From contig KZ538362.1 of the NCBI GenBank assembly GCA_000934665.2, forward strand, positions 58,511 through 78,510: a stretch of DNA of 20,000 nucleotides, read 5' to 3'. Below, piece after piece: positions 1 through 9,800 of the stretch. This stretch comes from Catajapyx aquilonaris. Its lineage: Eukaryota. Below the pieces are notes generated by a model. The model was not told where the DNA came from. It did no database searches and saw nothing but the letters and a program-made list of their open reading frames with translations. The position numbers and the translations under genes are program-made. Every line of letters starts with the position of its first letter. The stretch's first letter is position 1.

Positions 1-250
1 AAAATGCATTTCTGATTGGCCCATGTCCAGTGTGGGGGGAAGCCCAGCTCCATTTTGGAAATTAGCCTAATATTGAAACGTATGGACTGGACTGGGGTGA
101 TTGCTGTCCCGATTCAATTGGTGGGGATCATTTCATTATTGGACTAAAGCTAGGTGTCCATTGCGCAGGAATTGTTGTGAAAAATGTGCCCATCTGGCTC
201 ATGAGTTTGGTTAGGTCCGTGCAATGATCAGGAGATTGTACTAGAGGTGC

Positions 251-1132
251 GTTCTACTCATAAGGAGATTTTATCGAAGATTCCTTCTACCCATAATATC
301 ATACTGAAGATTCTACTCATACGATGATTCTACTTATGCGAAGATTCTACTTATCCAAAGATTCTGCTTATGCGAAGATTCTACTTATCCAAAGATTCTG
401 CTTATGCGAAGATTCTACTTATCCAAAGATTCTGCTTATGTGAAGATTCTACTTATCCAAAGATTCTGCTTATACGAAGATTCTACTCAGGAGGAGATTA
501 TACCGAATATTCTACTTATAAGAATATTCTACCGAAGGTTCCTTCTGCCCATAATAAGATTATACTGAAGATTCTACTTATACGAAGAGTCTACCGAAGA
601 CTCCTTCTGCCGCCTTCTGCCCATAATACGATTATACTGAAGATTCTACTCACACGAAGGTTCTATTCATAAGGAGATTATGTCGTAGATTCTACTCCTA
701 AGAAGAGTATACTCTTAAGGAAACTATAGGCCCTACCAAAGATTCTACTCATAATGAAACTATACCAAAGATTCTACTCATAAGGATACTATACCAAAGA
801 TTCTACTCATAAGGAAACTACTGGTATACCAAAGATTCTACTCGTAAGGAAACTATATACCAAAGATTCTACTCATAAGGAAACTATATACCAAAGATTC
901 AACTCAAACGAAGAGTCTACTCATAAGGAAACTATATACCAAAGATTCTACTCAAACGAAGAGTCTACTCATAAGGAAACTGCATACCAAAGATTCTACT
1001 CAAACGAAGAGTCTACTCACAAGGAAACTATATACCAAAGATTCTACTCAAACTAAGAGTCTACTCATAAGGAGAATTTATTGTACCAAAGATTCTATTC
1101 ATAAGGAGATTATACCGAAGATGCGTCCTACT
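251..1132. repeat. Complex minisatellite built on the core AAGATTCTACT(C/T)AT (17-bp, 29-31-bp and ~48-bp composite units)
   Basis: 17-bp units AAGATTCTACTTATCCA / AAGATTCTGCTTATGCG alternate at ~325-480. A 29-bp unit AAGATTCTACTCATAAGGAAACTATACCA runs at ~740-890, and 17+31-bp composites at ~890-1075. Confidence 0.95.
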
Positions 1133-2358
1133 TACGAAAAGAGTGTAATACGACTCCCCATGTCACTTTCCATCTAGACTATGACAAAACGCAGCTTCTT
1201 TTGGGCCCATCTGTAAGCCATGTTCGCAAATTAGTCATCACTCTCAAGCTTGCAAGATAAGAAACTAGGCGAATCCGCGTCAGCAAAGCAGAGCGGAAAG
1301 AAAATATCGCTGGAGCCATATCATATCCGCAGTAAGTCTAGCAAAAAAGGGGTGGAGCCAAGTTTACAATAAAAAAAACGCAGCGAGCGCAAAAAAAAAA
1401 AAATCTGCAGTAAGAAGCTGGCATATCAATCTCAAGCATGTTGGGTCCTGCTCTGGGATTCCAGGAAGGTAAAACCAGAAGGCGGGAATAAATCTGGATT
1501 TTTGGACGTTGTCAGATTGTTGCGAAATAAACACATGACAATGAAAGAAAGCTACAGAGTTACTTAGTCTGATGACTTGGAGAGTCTTCAAGCAATTTGC
1601 TTAAAACTGAGTTTTTTTTTGTATGTGGAAAAATGTAATAATTTGTCAAAAAAAAATACAATTTACATATAACATAGTGGAATGTGTGTAAGTGCAACGA
1701 TACATGGAGTCATTTTCATAGGGGGGGGGGGGATAATGTCGAATTTTGAAATCCGATTTTGGGATGTTTCATTTATTCGGTTAGCTGAGCTCTCTTGTAA
1801 AGCCTGCTTTTGTCTGGATGAATAAAACCGATGGGAATTTGACCTACTGGTTATTATTTTTGGTTATTTTATGTATTCAAATAGAATTTTTAATGCGTAG
1901 AAATTACGAAATCACAAAAAAAATTAGCAAATTCAGCGAAACTTTAAATATCAAAATTTAAATATTCATTTTGCAGGAAATTGGTATTTAAAATTTGTCA
2001 AATTTTTGTTTTTATGGTTATTGTGATTTTTGTTGAAAATATTAAACTTGTGCAAAAAATTGAAATAAAAAATTTCAAACATTGATGTTGATAACAATTA
2101 AGGCAAATTAAAATAGTGGAAGACAACAATGTGATAGTTTACATGTAATTTATTGTTGCATAATTATTCACAACTTTCTTTGTGATTGGTAAGTTAAGGC
2201 GAACTCAGGGCGAACTTCTAGGAATAGTTCTATTATGTCACTTATCCCAGTTCGACTACTCTAGTTCTACTATTACTCACATTTGTTCTTCCCCACCTTA
2301 TTTCCACTCAATGTACTCAAAAAAAATAACTCAATCTGAGCAAATATTTCTCAAAATT

Positions 2359-2610
2359 ACCGAAGTAGGTTGGTGTAAAGAGCGCGCCTGCTAATCGGGA
2401 GGTCCTGGGTTCGAATCCCGGGGCCGGCGACCCTGACTATGGTTTTCTGTGGTTTTCCATGGTTCCCCCCAGGACAATTCCGGGGTCGTTTCCGTAAAAA
2501 TAGGCCACAGCCTCTTCCATCCCTCCCTATCCCTGGTCCCATTCAATGGTGGTAATCCACCCCCCTAAGGGAGCCAAAGGCTCTATCACGGGGTACGATA
2601 AATAAATGAA
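2359..2610 (+). mobile_element. tRNA-derived SINE, family 1
   Basis: Perfect Pol III B box GGTTCGAATCCC at 2408-2419 with a degenerate A box upstream. The body (GGTTTTCTGTGGTTTTCC...CAGGACAATTCCGGG...AGGCCACAGCC) resembles arthropod SINE central regions. 3' hairpin GAGCC-AAA-GGCTC plus TATCACGG, then an (ATAA)n tail. No clear TSD. Confidence 0.85.
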
Positions 2611-2887
2611 TTTTAAAAAAACTCTCAGTTATTTCAATTTGAGTTGAGGTGTAACTGACATGTGTCTCAAATTTCATCAATTTTGTCAAAATGGAGGAAT
2701 TGAAGTCAAATGAACAATCATTACATGGAAGTATGTAATTAAACTCAAATATGATCCATTTACACGACTTTCTATTTGAGTTCATTTTAATTATATTTAA
2801 ATCGAACGTGTTTACTATTTAACGTACAGTATCTCAAAAGGCATCAGGATGATTTTCACCTGATTTTCACTCATCAGAGAGCCAATA

Positions 2888-3249
2888 CTCAAATTGAGTG
2901 AAATAATACACATTTCAGAGTTAAGTACAACCAATTTATTCATTCATTCACTCATTAATTGGCTGGACTTAAGTTTAGAGTGTGTTTGGAATTGACTTCC
3001 GGAGGAGGGCTCGGACCATTCATATTTCACTCAATTTGAGTGATGACTGATGAGTCAACATTCATTCCCTCATTCATGAATTTATTGGCTGGACTTAGGT
3101 CTGAAGTGTGGCGTCCGGAAGGGGGCGTGGACTACTCATATTTGAGTATTGACTCAAATCGCTCAAATTGAGTGAAATATGAATAATCCGCGCCCTCTTC
3201 CGGTCGTCACCCCCCAAACAACACTTCAGACTTAAGTCCAACCAATAAA
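2888..3249. repeat. Four ~50-88-bp related units in orientation > < < >
   Basis: Unit CTCAAATTGAGTGAAATATGAA...CTTCAGACTTAAGTCCAACCAAT at 3162-3249. Reverse-complement copies at 2958-3040 and 3081-3146; an internally deleted direct copy at 2888-2935. Confidence 0.8.
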
Positions 3250-3778
3250 ACACTCAAATCTGTTCTATTTTACCCCCCCAACCTTTCCAGAAAATTAATA
3301 GCCTGGAGGTTTTAACTCCCAAAAAACCCTGTTTTTTGAAGCAAAAACCTGCAGCTTGTCCTGGGCTTTTGGGTGTGTTGATTTGCAAATGAGAAGGGCG
3401 TTTCCCTAGCTGAATTTCTGGCGGTGGTTTGCAAAGCGTTAAGCCGTGGAGGGAACCCCCCCTCACGTGCGCCCCCTGAGGATTAGTCGCCCCCTACCCT
3501 CTCTACCCCAAAGCTCTACCCTCTCAACCCCAGTCACTGCACTATTCTACTGGAAATCTCAGAATGGAACACTCTTTGCCAAACTACTTTTTTTTGGCAA
3601 AAGAAAGTTTCTGTGGGGGGGGGGGTGAAATCTAAACAAAGAGACAAGTAGTATTGTCCCAAGGAGAAACACCGTAACTCCAAAACTAGTAAGGGTGAAA
3701 GTCGCATGCATGTCCTACACTAATTCCTACTGACTCAGAAGGGATTAGTGCAGGACATGCATGCGATTTTTACCCTTA

Positions 3779-4403
3779 AAGTCTATTCACACTGGCCGTC
3801 GAAGGCAGGGCTGGGCGATATTTCGATACATCGACTGTCGATACGATATTTTCCTAATATCGAAGTTGCGATATCAGACGCTTGGCATGGGCAATGTATC
3901 GAATATCGCGATGTCGGTTTTCGATATTTTTCGATGTCGGTTCGATGTCGATTTGCGATATTTTGCGATGTCGGTTCGATGTCGGTTCAATGTCGGTTCG
4001 ATGTCAGTTCGATGTCAGTTCGCGATATTTTTCGGTGTCAGTTCGCGATATTTATCGATGTCGGTTCGATGTCAGTTCGCGATATTTTTCGATGTCGGTT
4101 CGATGTCGGTTCGACGTCGGTTCGATGTCAGTTCGATGTCAGTTCGCGATATTTTTCGATGTCAGTTCGATGTCGGTTCGATGTCGGTTTTTCGAATTTC
4201 GATATATCGACTTCGATTCGATATTTTTAGTATGGAAAGTCGATATGCAATTTCGGATATCGCACAGCCCTAGTCGAAGGTCTTGTCTACGGTCGCGTTG
4301 ACGCCGTCGACCAATCAGAGATGGCCCCGATGGTCTGCTCTGATTGGTCGGCCGCGTCAACGCGACCGTAGACAGACCGTCGACAGCTAGTGTGAATGGG
4401 ATT
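3779..4403. mobile_element. PIF/Harbinger (Tourist)-like palindromic MITE (150 bp reconstructed), interrupted by a hAT MITE
   Basis: TTA TSD at 3776-3778 and 4404-4406. TIRs AAGTCTATTCACACT / AATCCCATTCACACT (rc). Joining 3779-3805 to 4281-4403 gives an almost complete fold-back. Confidence 0.85.
3806..4272 (-). mobile_element. hAT-type MITE, copy A (467 bp, expanded internal 11-bp repeat)
   Basis: TIRs CAGGGCTGGGCGATAT...ATATCGCACAGCCCTA. Perfect 8-bp TSD GTCGAAGG at 3798-3805 and 4273-4280. Internal (CGATGTCGGTT)n. Strand is given relative to copies B and C. Confidence 0.95.
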
Positions 4404-4699
4404 TTACTAGTTTTGGAATTAGGGTGTTTTTCCTTGGGACTGCAGTAGTTGTGAGAGGCCATTTAAATTTTAGTTCGAGGGTTTCAAGAGAGATGGAGTT
4501 GGAAGATTGTTGACGCAGCAGGTTGTCAGTTATGTCATCATATTGTTCAACACTGATATTAATACAAGGGGTATTGTGTAATGAGTGTGTAATGGTGGTG
4601 TCAATAATTATCTGGCATATTGTGCTGGATGGCCCATAGTGCTCAATGCTTGGGACGGTGAGGAGCGTGGATTATGTGGGGGATGGTCTTATGGGAATT

Positions 4700-4950
4700 T
4701 GGGATATCCTGAGATGTCTCATGGATAATATCATAAGAGATCCTTATCAGATATCACGCAGGGATATCCGTACATCATAAAAATTACTGAGGAATGTTCA
4801 ACTATTGTGAAAATTTACAGGTATATTTTGGAATATCCATTAGGCACATAGGGATATCTTAATAACCTATCACATTCCTTTGGGATATCCTAATATCATC
4901 AAAACTCTTATGAATATCCATATATCTTAAAATATTCTTTAGGGATACAA
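4700..4950. repeat. Degenerate GGATATCC-motif repeat, probably an old non-autonomous DNA transposon remnant
   Basis: GGGATATCC / GAATATCC / AGATATC variants recur at about 4701, 4748, 4760, 4830, 4851, 4882 and 4911. No clear termini. Confidence 0.45.
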
Positions 4951-4996
4951 GTGTCAGGGGTCAAAAAACGAGTTTTTTTTTGCAAAAGACTTGTTT

Positions 4997-5278
4997 TTTG
5001 TTGTTGTTTTTGTTTACCCCGTGATAAGGCCCGAGGCCCTCTTGGGGGGGGGGGGGGAGTTCCCAAGGGAGGGCGCCGTGCGGTAGCCATTTCTGACATT
5101 CTTTAACATCAGGCCTTTTCTCCTGGCCCTGGGCAGAATAGGGAGTGCAATTCTGCCCCGACATGTCGGGTGAAAAGCGGAAAAAGACCCAAGCAGAGGT
5201 GACGGGGACGGGATTTGAACCCCGGCCTCCCGCTTAGCTGGCCAGTAGCATGGCCACTAGACCACCATGCCTCCCCGA
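4997..5278 (-). mobile_element. tRNA-derived SINE, family 2, full length
   Basis: On the minus strand: A box TGGTCTAGTGG (5254-5264), B box GGTTCAAATCCC (5210-5221), 3' hairpin GGGCC-TCG-GGCCT plus TATCACGG, and a (CAA)n-like tail. TSD AAAAGACT(T/A)GTTT at 4984-4996 and 5279-5291. Confidence 0.92.
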
Positions 5279-5306
5279 AAAAGACTAGTTTAATTACTAT
5301 TATATG

Positions 5307-5412
5307 CGAGGGGTTATTCACAAAGGGTAGTCTGTGTACACCTTCGTGGGTAGTCCGGGGGTAGTCCGAGGGTAGTCCGAGTAGTCCGGCATTGTAAGTG
5401 AATAACCCCTCG
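5307..5412. mobile_element. 106-bp TIR element (mariner-like CGAGGG terminus)
   Basis: Perfect 15-bp TIRs CGAGGGGTTATTCAC (5307-5321) and GTGAATAACCCCTCG (5398-5412), with internal GTAGTC(C) x5. It is absent from the homologous satellite unit at ~5930. No clean TA TSD. Confidence 0.75.
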
Positions 5413-7230
5413 GTTTTAGGCTAGGATATGTGGAATTTGTTGTCTAATTTTCAATATATTTTGATGGTTAATATCATGTGAGACACCTGGTCAAGGGTCA
5501 GGGGTCAAAAAATCAGATGACTTGATTTTATGTGGAATGTGTTACGTCTAATTTTCAATATTAACTCTCGACCCTTGACTCAGACCTTTGACCAGGTGTC
5601 TCACATTATATTAACCATCAAATTTTGATGGTTAATGTAATATATTGTGAGACAAAGGTCAAAGGTCACGTGACAATTTTTTGACATGTCTGACCTCCTA
5701 GTAATGCTCAATTCATCGACTGACCTTTATTCCTCCCTAACCCACCATGCATTGTCGCCAGAATATTTTTTAGTAAATAAAAACTGGTTTTAAGCATTTC
5801 AGACTAGATGATATGGAACGCGTTCTGTTTAATTTTCAATATTTATCATATAATGTAAGACACCTGCTGGTCAAGGGTCAGGGGTCAAAAATCAGATGAC
5901 TCATTTTTTTTGCAAAGGGCTAGTTGTTTTACTGTTTTAGGCCAGATTATGTGGAATGTGTTGTCTAATTTTCAATATTAACCCTTGACCCTTGACCAGG
6001 TATCTCACATTATACAATTAACCATCAAATTTTGATGATTTATATAATATATTGTGAGACACCTGGTCGAGGGTCAAAGGTCACGTGACAATTTTTTGAC
6101 ATAATTATCTGACCTGTTTTGGGCCAGATTATGTGGAATATGTTGTCTAATTTTCAATATTGACCCTTGACCCTTGACCAGGTGTCTCACATGATATTAA
6201 CCATCAAATTTTGATGGTTAATATATTGTGAGACACCTGGTCAAGGGTCGAAGGTCACTTGACATTTTTTTGACATATCTGACCTGTTTTAGGCCATTAT
6301 GTGGAATGTGTCGTCTAATTTTCAATATTAACCCTTGACCCTTGACCATTGACCAGGTGTCTCTCATTATATTAACCATCAAATTTTGATGGTTAATATA
6401 ATGTGAGACACCTGGTCAAGGGTCAAGGGTCAAGGGTTAATATTTAAAATTAGACAACACATATTCCACATAATATGGCCTAAACATCACAATTTGATGG
6501 TTAATATAATATATTGTGAGACACTTGGTCAAGGGTCAAAGGTCACGTGACAATTTTTGACAAATCTGACCTCCCAGTGATACTCAATTCATCGACTGAC
6601 CTTTAGACCTCCCTAACCCACCATTGTCGCCTTTATTCTCCCAAATCTAATCCTGATCCCCCCCCCCCCCGCCTTCCCCTCCCCTCCCATCTCCCCAACC
6701 GATGACACGCATAGGGCATCATTATCATTCCTCTGTTGGTGGCAAGAGCTTGTAAGACTGCCGTACTTTGAATATTTCAAAGGGATTGGAGAGTCCCGTT
6801 CCATTGTCTTCTTATGACACCACCAGGAACCATAAATTTCTACAGAAGCTTCTAGAGGGAGGAGGGAGGAGGGGGGGGGGAGGTATAAGGTGGGTGGTAG
6901 TAGGATCGTGGATCATTCGTGTTTCTGCCTGGTATTGATTGCTGCTTGTGCATTCCGAGCACCTTCCTAGGGTGAACTTGTTAGTCTATTTTCCCCCTCC
7001 CTCCCTCCCTCCCTCCTCCTCCTCCTGCTCCCCGAGTTTTGGGGGAACCGGGAGGGAACGGTTACCACCACGAGCTACGCAATGAATGCTGAAAGCGCGG
7101 GACCCACAGGATGAAATACGTAGACTTCGACTTCCCTCATACCCCCCCTCCCCGCCTCTCCCCACTAGTCTGTGAACCACAACTATGTCCGGGTTGGAAG
7201 GACTTTTCTATAGAAACAAAAAAATGGAAT

Positions 7231-8540
7231 TCTTTTAAAGCCGGTAGATGTCACTGATGGTGAAACCAGAAAGCCAGGATTTTTTGGGGTACTCTTTCAC
7301 TTCGGGAGACCCCACACTTTTGCCTAGTTTCCCAGGCGTGGATCCGCTGAAAGATATGCATGTATCCGCTGAAGATGTGCATACATACGTTGAAGGATAT
7401 GTGTGTATCCGTTGAAGGATAGGTGTGTATCTGTTGAAGGATAGGTGTGTATCTGTTGAAATATATGCATGTATCCGCTGAAGATGTGCATACATACGTT
7501 GAAGGATATGTGTGTATCCGTTGAAGGATAGGTGTGTATCTGTTGAAATATATGCATGTATCCGCTGAAGAATAAGTGTGTATCCGCTGAAGAATGAAGA
7601 CGTGTATCCGCTGAATATATGTCTGTATCTGCTGAAAACTAGGCTTGTATCCACTGAAGATATGCCTGTATACGTTGAAGGATATGTGTGTATCAGTTGA
7701 AGGATAGGCGTGTATCTGTTGAAATATCTGCATGTATCCGCTGAAGGATAAGTGTGCATCCGCTGAATGATGGCGTGTATCCGCTGAATACATCTCTGTA
7801 TCTGCTGAAAACTAGGCTTGTATCCATTGAAGATATGCCTGTATACGTTGAATGATATGACTGTGTGTATCCGTTGAAGGATATGCGTGTATCTGTTGAA
7901 AGATCTGCATATATCTGCTGAAGGATAAGTGTGTATCCGCTGAATGAAGGCGCGTATCCGCTGGATACATGTCTGTATCAGCTGAATACTAGACTTGTAT
8001 CCACTGAAGGTATGCCTGTATGAAACCATATGAAGGCTTGAATGAAGGCGAGTATCTGATGAAAATTGGCGTGTATCCGCTGAAGATATTCCTGTATACG
8101 CTGAAGGATACGCGTGTGTCCGCTGAAGGATAGGTCTCTATATGCAGAAAAATTGGCATTATTTTAAAGCAGGTAGATGTAGGATAGATATGCATACGCT
8201 GAAAAGTAGGCGTGTATCCGCTGAATGAAGGCATATTTCCGCTGAAGGATATGCCTGTAATAATCTGCTGAAGGATATGCCTGTAATAATCTGCTGAAGA
8301 TATACCTTTATCCGCTGAAAAATTTGCTTTCTTTTAGAGCCGGTAGATGTCGCTGATGGTGAAGCCAGAAAGCCCAGGTTTTTGGCTACGCATTTACTTC
8401 GGGAGACGCCTAACTTTTACCAGTTTTCCTAAGATTGTACTCGTATTTGCTGAAAGATAGTGGATCCGTTGAAAGATAGTGTATCCGCTGACGATATGCC
8501 TGGATCCGCTGATAGATAGGCCTGGATCCGCTGAAGTATA
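7231..8540. repeat. ~21-bp minisatellite (GTGTATCCGCTGAAGGATAT-like) with a ~175-bp higher-order unit and two ~100-bp head modules
   Basis: Roughly 45-50 monomers. The marker CTAG(G/A)CTTGTATCC recurs at 7639, 7812 and 7989. The head TCTTTTA(A/G)AGCCGGTAGATGTC(A/G)CTGATGGTGAA..CCAGAAAGCC..ACTTCGGGAGAC occurs at 7231-7335 and 8330-8433. Confidence 0.93.
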
Positions 8541-8962
8541 GGTGTTTATCCTCCGGGAAGGAAAGTTAGGTCATGGGGAAGGTTGGTTCAGCGTACCCCC
8601 CTACCCCTGCCAAATTGGGTCAGCCGATATGAAAGTCATTCCGATTATTATTTTTTGCGACAGTAGCGACGTCGAACGGAAGGTATTGGCTCCTGATCCC
8701 TGTGAGCATGTGGTAGGATCAAAGAGGCCGAGTCAACCAGCGTCATTAAGAGGAACCGCCAACTTCAACCAGGGTCTCAATCCTTCTCTAGCAGTTACTA
8801 CGTGGTGAGGTGTAAACCTGAGCCTCACTCGCTCACGCCGCCTGCATTTGACGTGAACTTCGACCCACCATGCTGACTCCATCCTTCTTCTTCCTTGCCA
8901 CTGTGTAATATTCATTGAATCGATAGTATCTATTGAGGATGTCTGTATAACATAGGTGTCTT

Positions 8963-9800
8963 TAAGGTCATCAGATTGGACATTGGTTGACCCTTGACCA
9001 ACAGCCACTAATGAAATAAAAATTACATGTTGATAATAATTAAGCAAATAATCTGGTCTAAAATAACAAAACTCGTCTTTTGTATTTTCAAAAAACCAAG
9101 TCATCTGATTGATTGACCCTTGACCTTTGACCTCTAATTAAATAAAAATCGCTTAATAATTAAGCACATCATCTGATCAAAACTAACAAAACGGGTATTT
9201 TGCATTTTAAAAAATCAGGTCATTTGATTGGTTGACCCTTGACCTTTGACCAGCCCTCTCAAATTTAACTCAATTTTAAAAACTAAACACAAAATTGTTT
9301 GTATTTTCAAAAAACCAAGTCATCTGATTGGTTGACCCTTGACCCTTGACCAGCTGTCTCTAATTAAATAACAATTAAATGTTAATAATTAAGCACATAA
9401 TCTGGTCAAAAGTAACAAAACGCGTCTTTTATATTTTTTTAATCTGGTCATTTCATTGGTTGACCCTTGACCAGCCCTCTCAAATTTAACGCAATTTTAA
9501 AAAACTAAGCACACAATTAAAATTAATTGAAATTAATTCCTTACATAAATTAATTAGTCATCTTTCGTATTTTAAAAATTAAGTAATCTGATTGGTTGAC
9601 CCTTGGCCCTTGACCAGCTGTCTCTAATTAAATAACAATTAACTGTTAATAATTAAGCACATAATCTGGTCAAAAGTAACAAAACTTGTGTTTGGCATTT
9701 TTAAAAATCAGGTCATTTGATTGGTTGACCATTGACCTTTGACCAGTGCTCTCTCAAATTTAACGCAATTTTAAAAACTAAGCACAAAATTAATTCCTTA
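8963..9800. repeat. ~100-135-bp tandem array (GTCATCTGATTGGTTGACCCTTGACC), an inverted relative of the 4954-6631 array
   Basis: About seven units (near 8965, 9098, 9217, 9317, 9445, 9580, 9709). Their reverse complement aligns with GGGGTCAAAAATCAGATGAC...GCAAAGGGCTAGTTG...TTTTAGGCCAGATTATGTG at 5880-5955. Confidence 0.88.

Larger units (their letters stand above)
3654..4442. mobile_element. Outer palindromic MITE (~160 bp once the insertions are removed), superfamily uncertain (possibly Tc1/mariner)
   Basis: The left arm GTCCCAAGGAGAAACACCGTAACTCCAAAACTAGTAAGGGTGAAAGTCGCATGCATGTCCTACACTAATTCCT (3656-3728) pairs with 3740-3778 joined to 4407-4440. The termini are degenerate. Confidence 0.85.
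4954..6631. repeat. Hairpin-containing satellite-like array (~170-180-bp unit) rich in GGTCAAGGGTCA
   Basis: The unit TTATGTGGAATGTGTTGTCTAATTTTCAATATTAACCCTTGACCCTTGACCAGGTGTCTCACA..TTAACCATCAAA|TTTTGATGGTTAA..TGTGAGACACCTGGTCAAGGGTCAAAGGTCACGTGAC recurs near 5528, 5947, 6129 and 6297. The terminal block 5664-5759 is duplicated at 6541-6631. Interrupted by SINE2 and a 106-bp TIR element. Confidence 0.92.

Noticed and set aside
370..672. 100-aa ORF
   Set aside because: It lies entirely in the 17-bp minisatellite.
3748..4301. Three overlapping 139-170-aa ORFs, plus similar ORFs at 14531-14813 and 18110-18592
   Set aside because: They are stop-free reading of the hAT MITE's CG-rich 11-bp repeat, with no transposase motifs.
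5195..5278. Functional tRNA gene (also 2359-2430)
   Set aside because: A/B boxes are present but I could not build a full cloverleaf. The heads run into SINE bodies with tails and, for SINE2, a TSD.
6844..6890. Heat-shock-element-like AGAAGCTTCTAGAG with nearby TATAAG
   Set aside because: A single imperfect short motif with no identifiable gene; compatible with chance.
7235..8234. 264-aa, 180-aa and shorter minus-strand ORFs
   Set aside because: They are overlapping translations of the 21-bp minisatellite in several frames, with no domain-like sequence.
7231..8433. LTR/TRIM element defined by ~100-bp direct repeats
   Set aside because: There are no TG...CA ends, PBS, PPT or TSD, and the array continues past the second copy.
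251..8540. CRISPR-like appearance of the short repeat arrays (251-1132, 7335-8540)
   Set aside because: The units are contiguous with no unique spacers, there are no cas genes, and the context is eukaryotic.
8865..8910. CCACCATG start giving MLTPSFFFLATV, a possible signal-peptide first exon
   Set aside because: Only 12 codons before a stop, a weak donor, and no supporting downstream exon.
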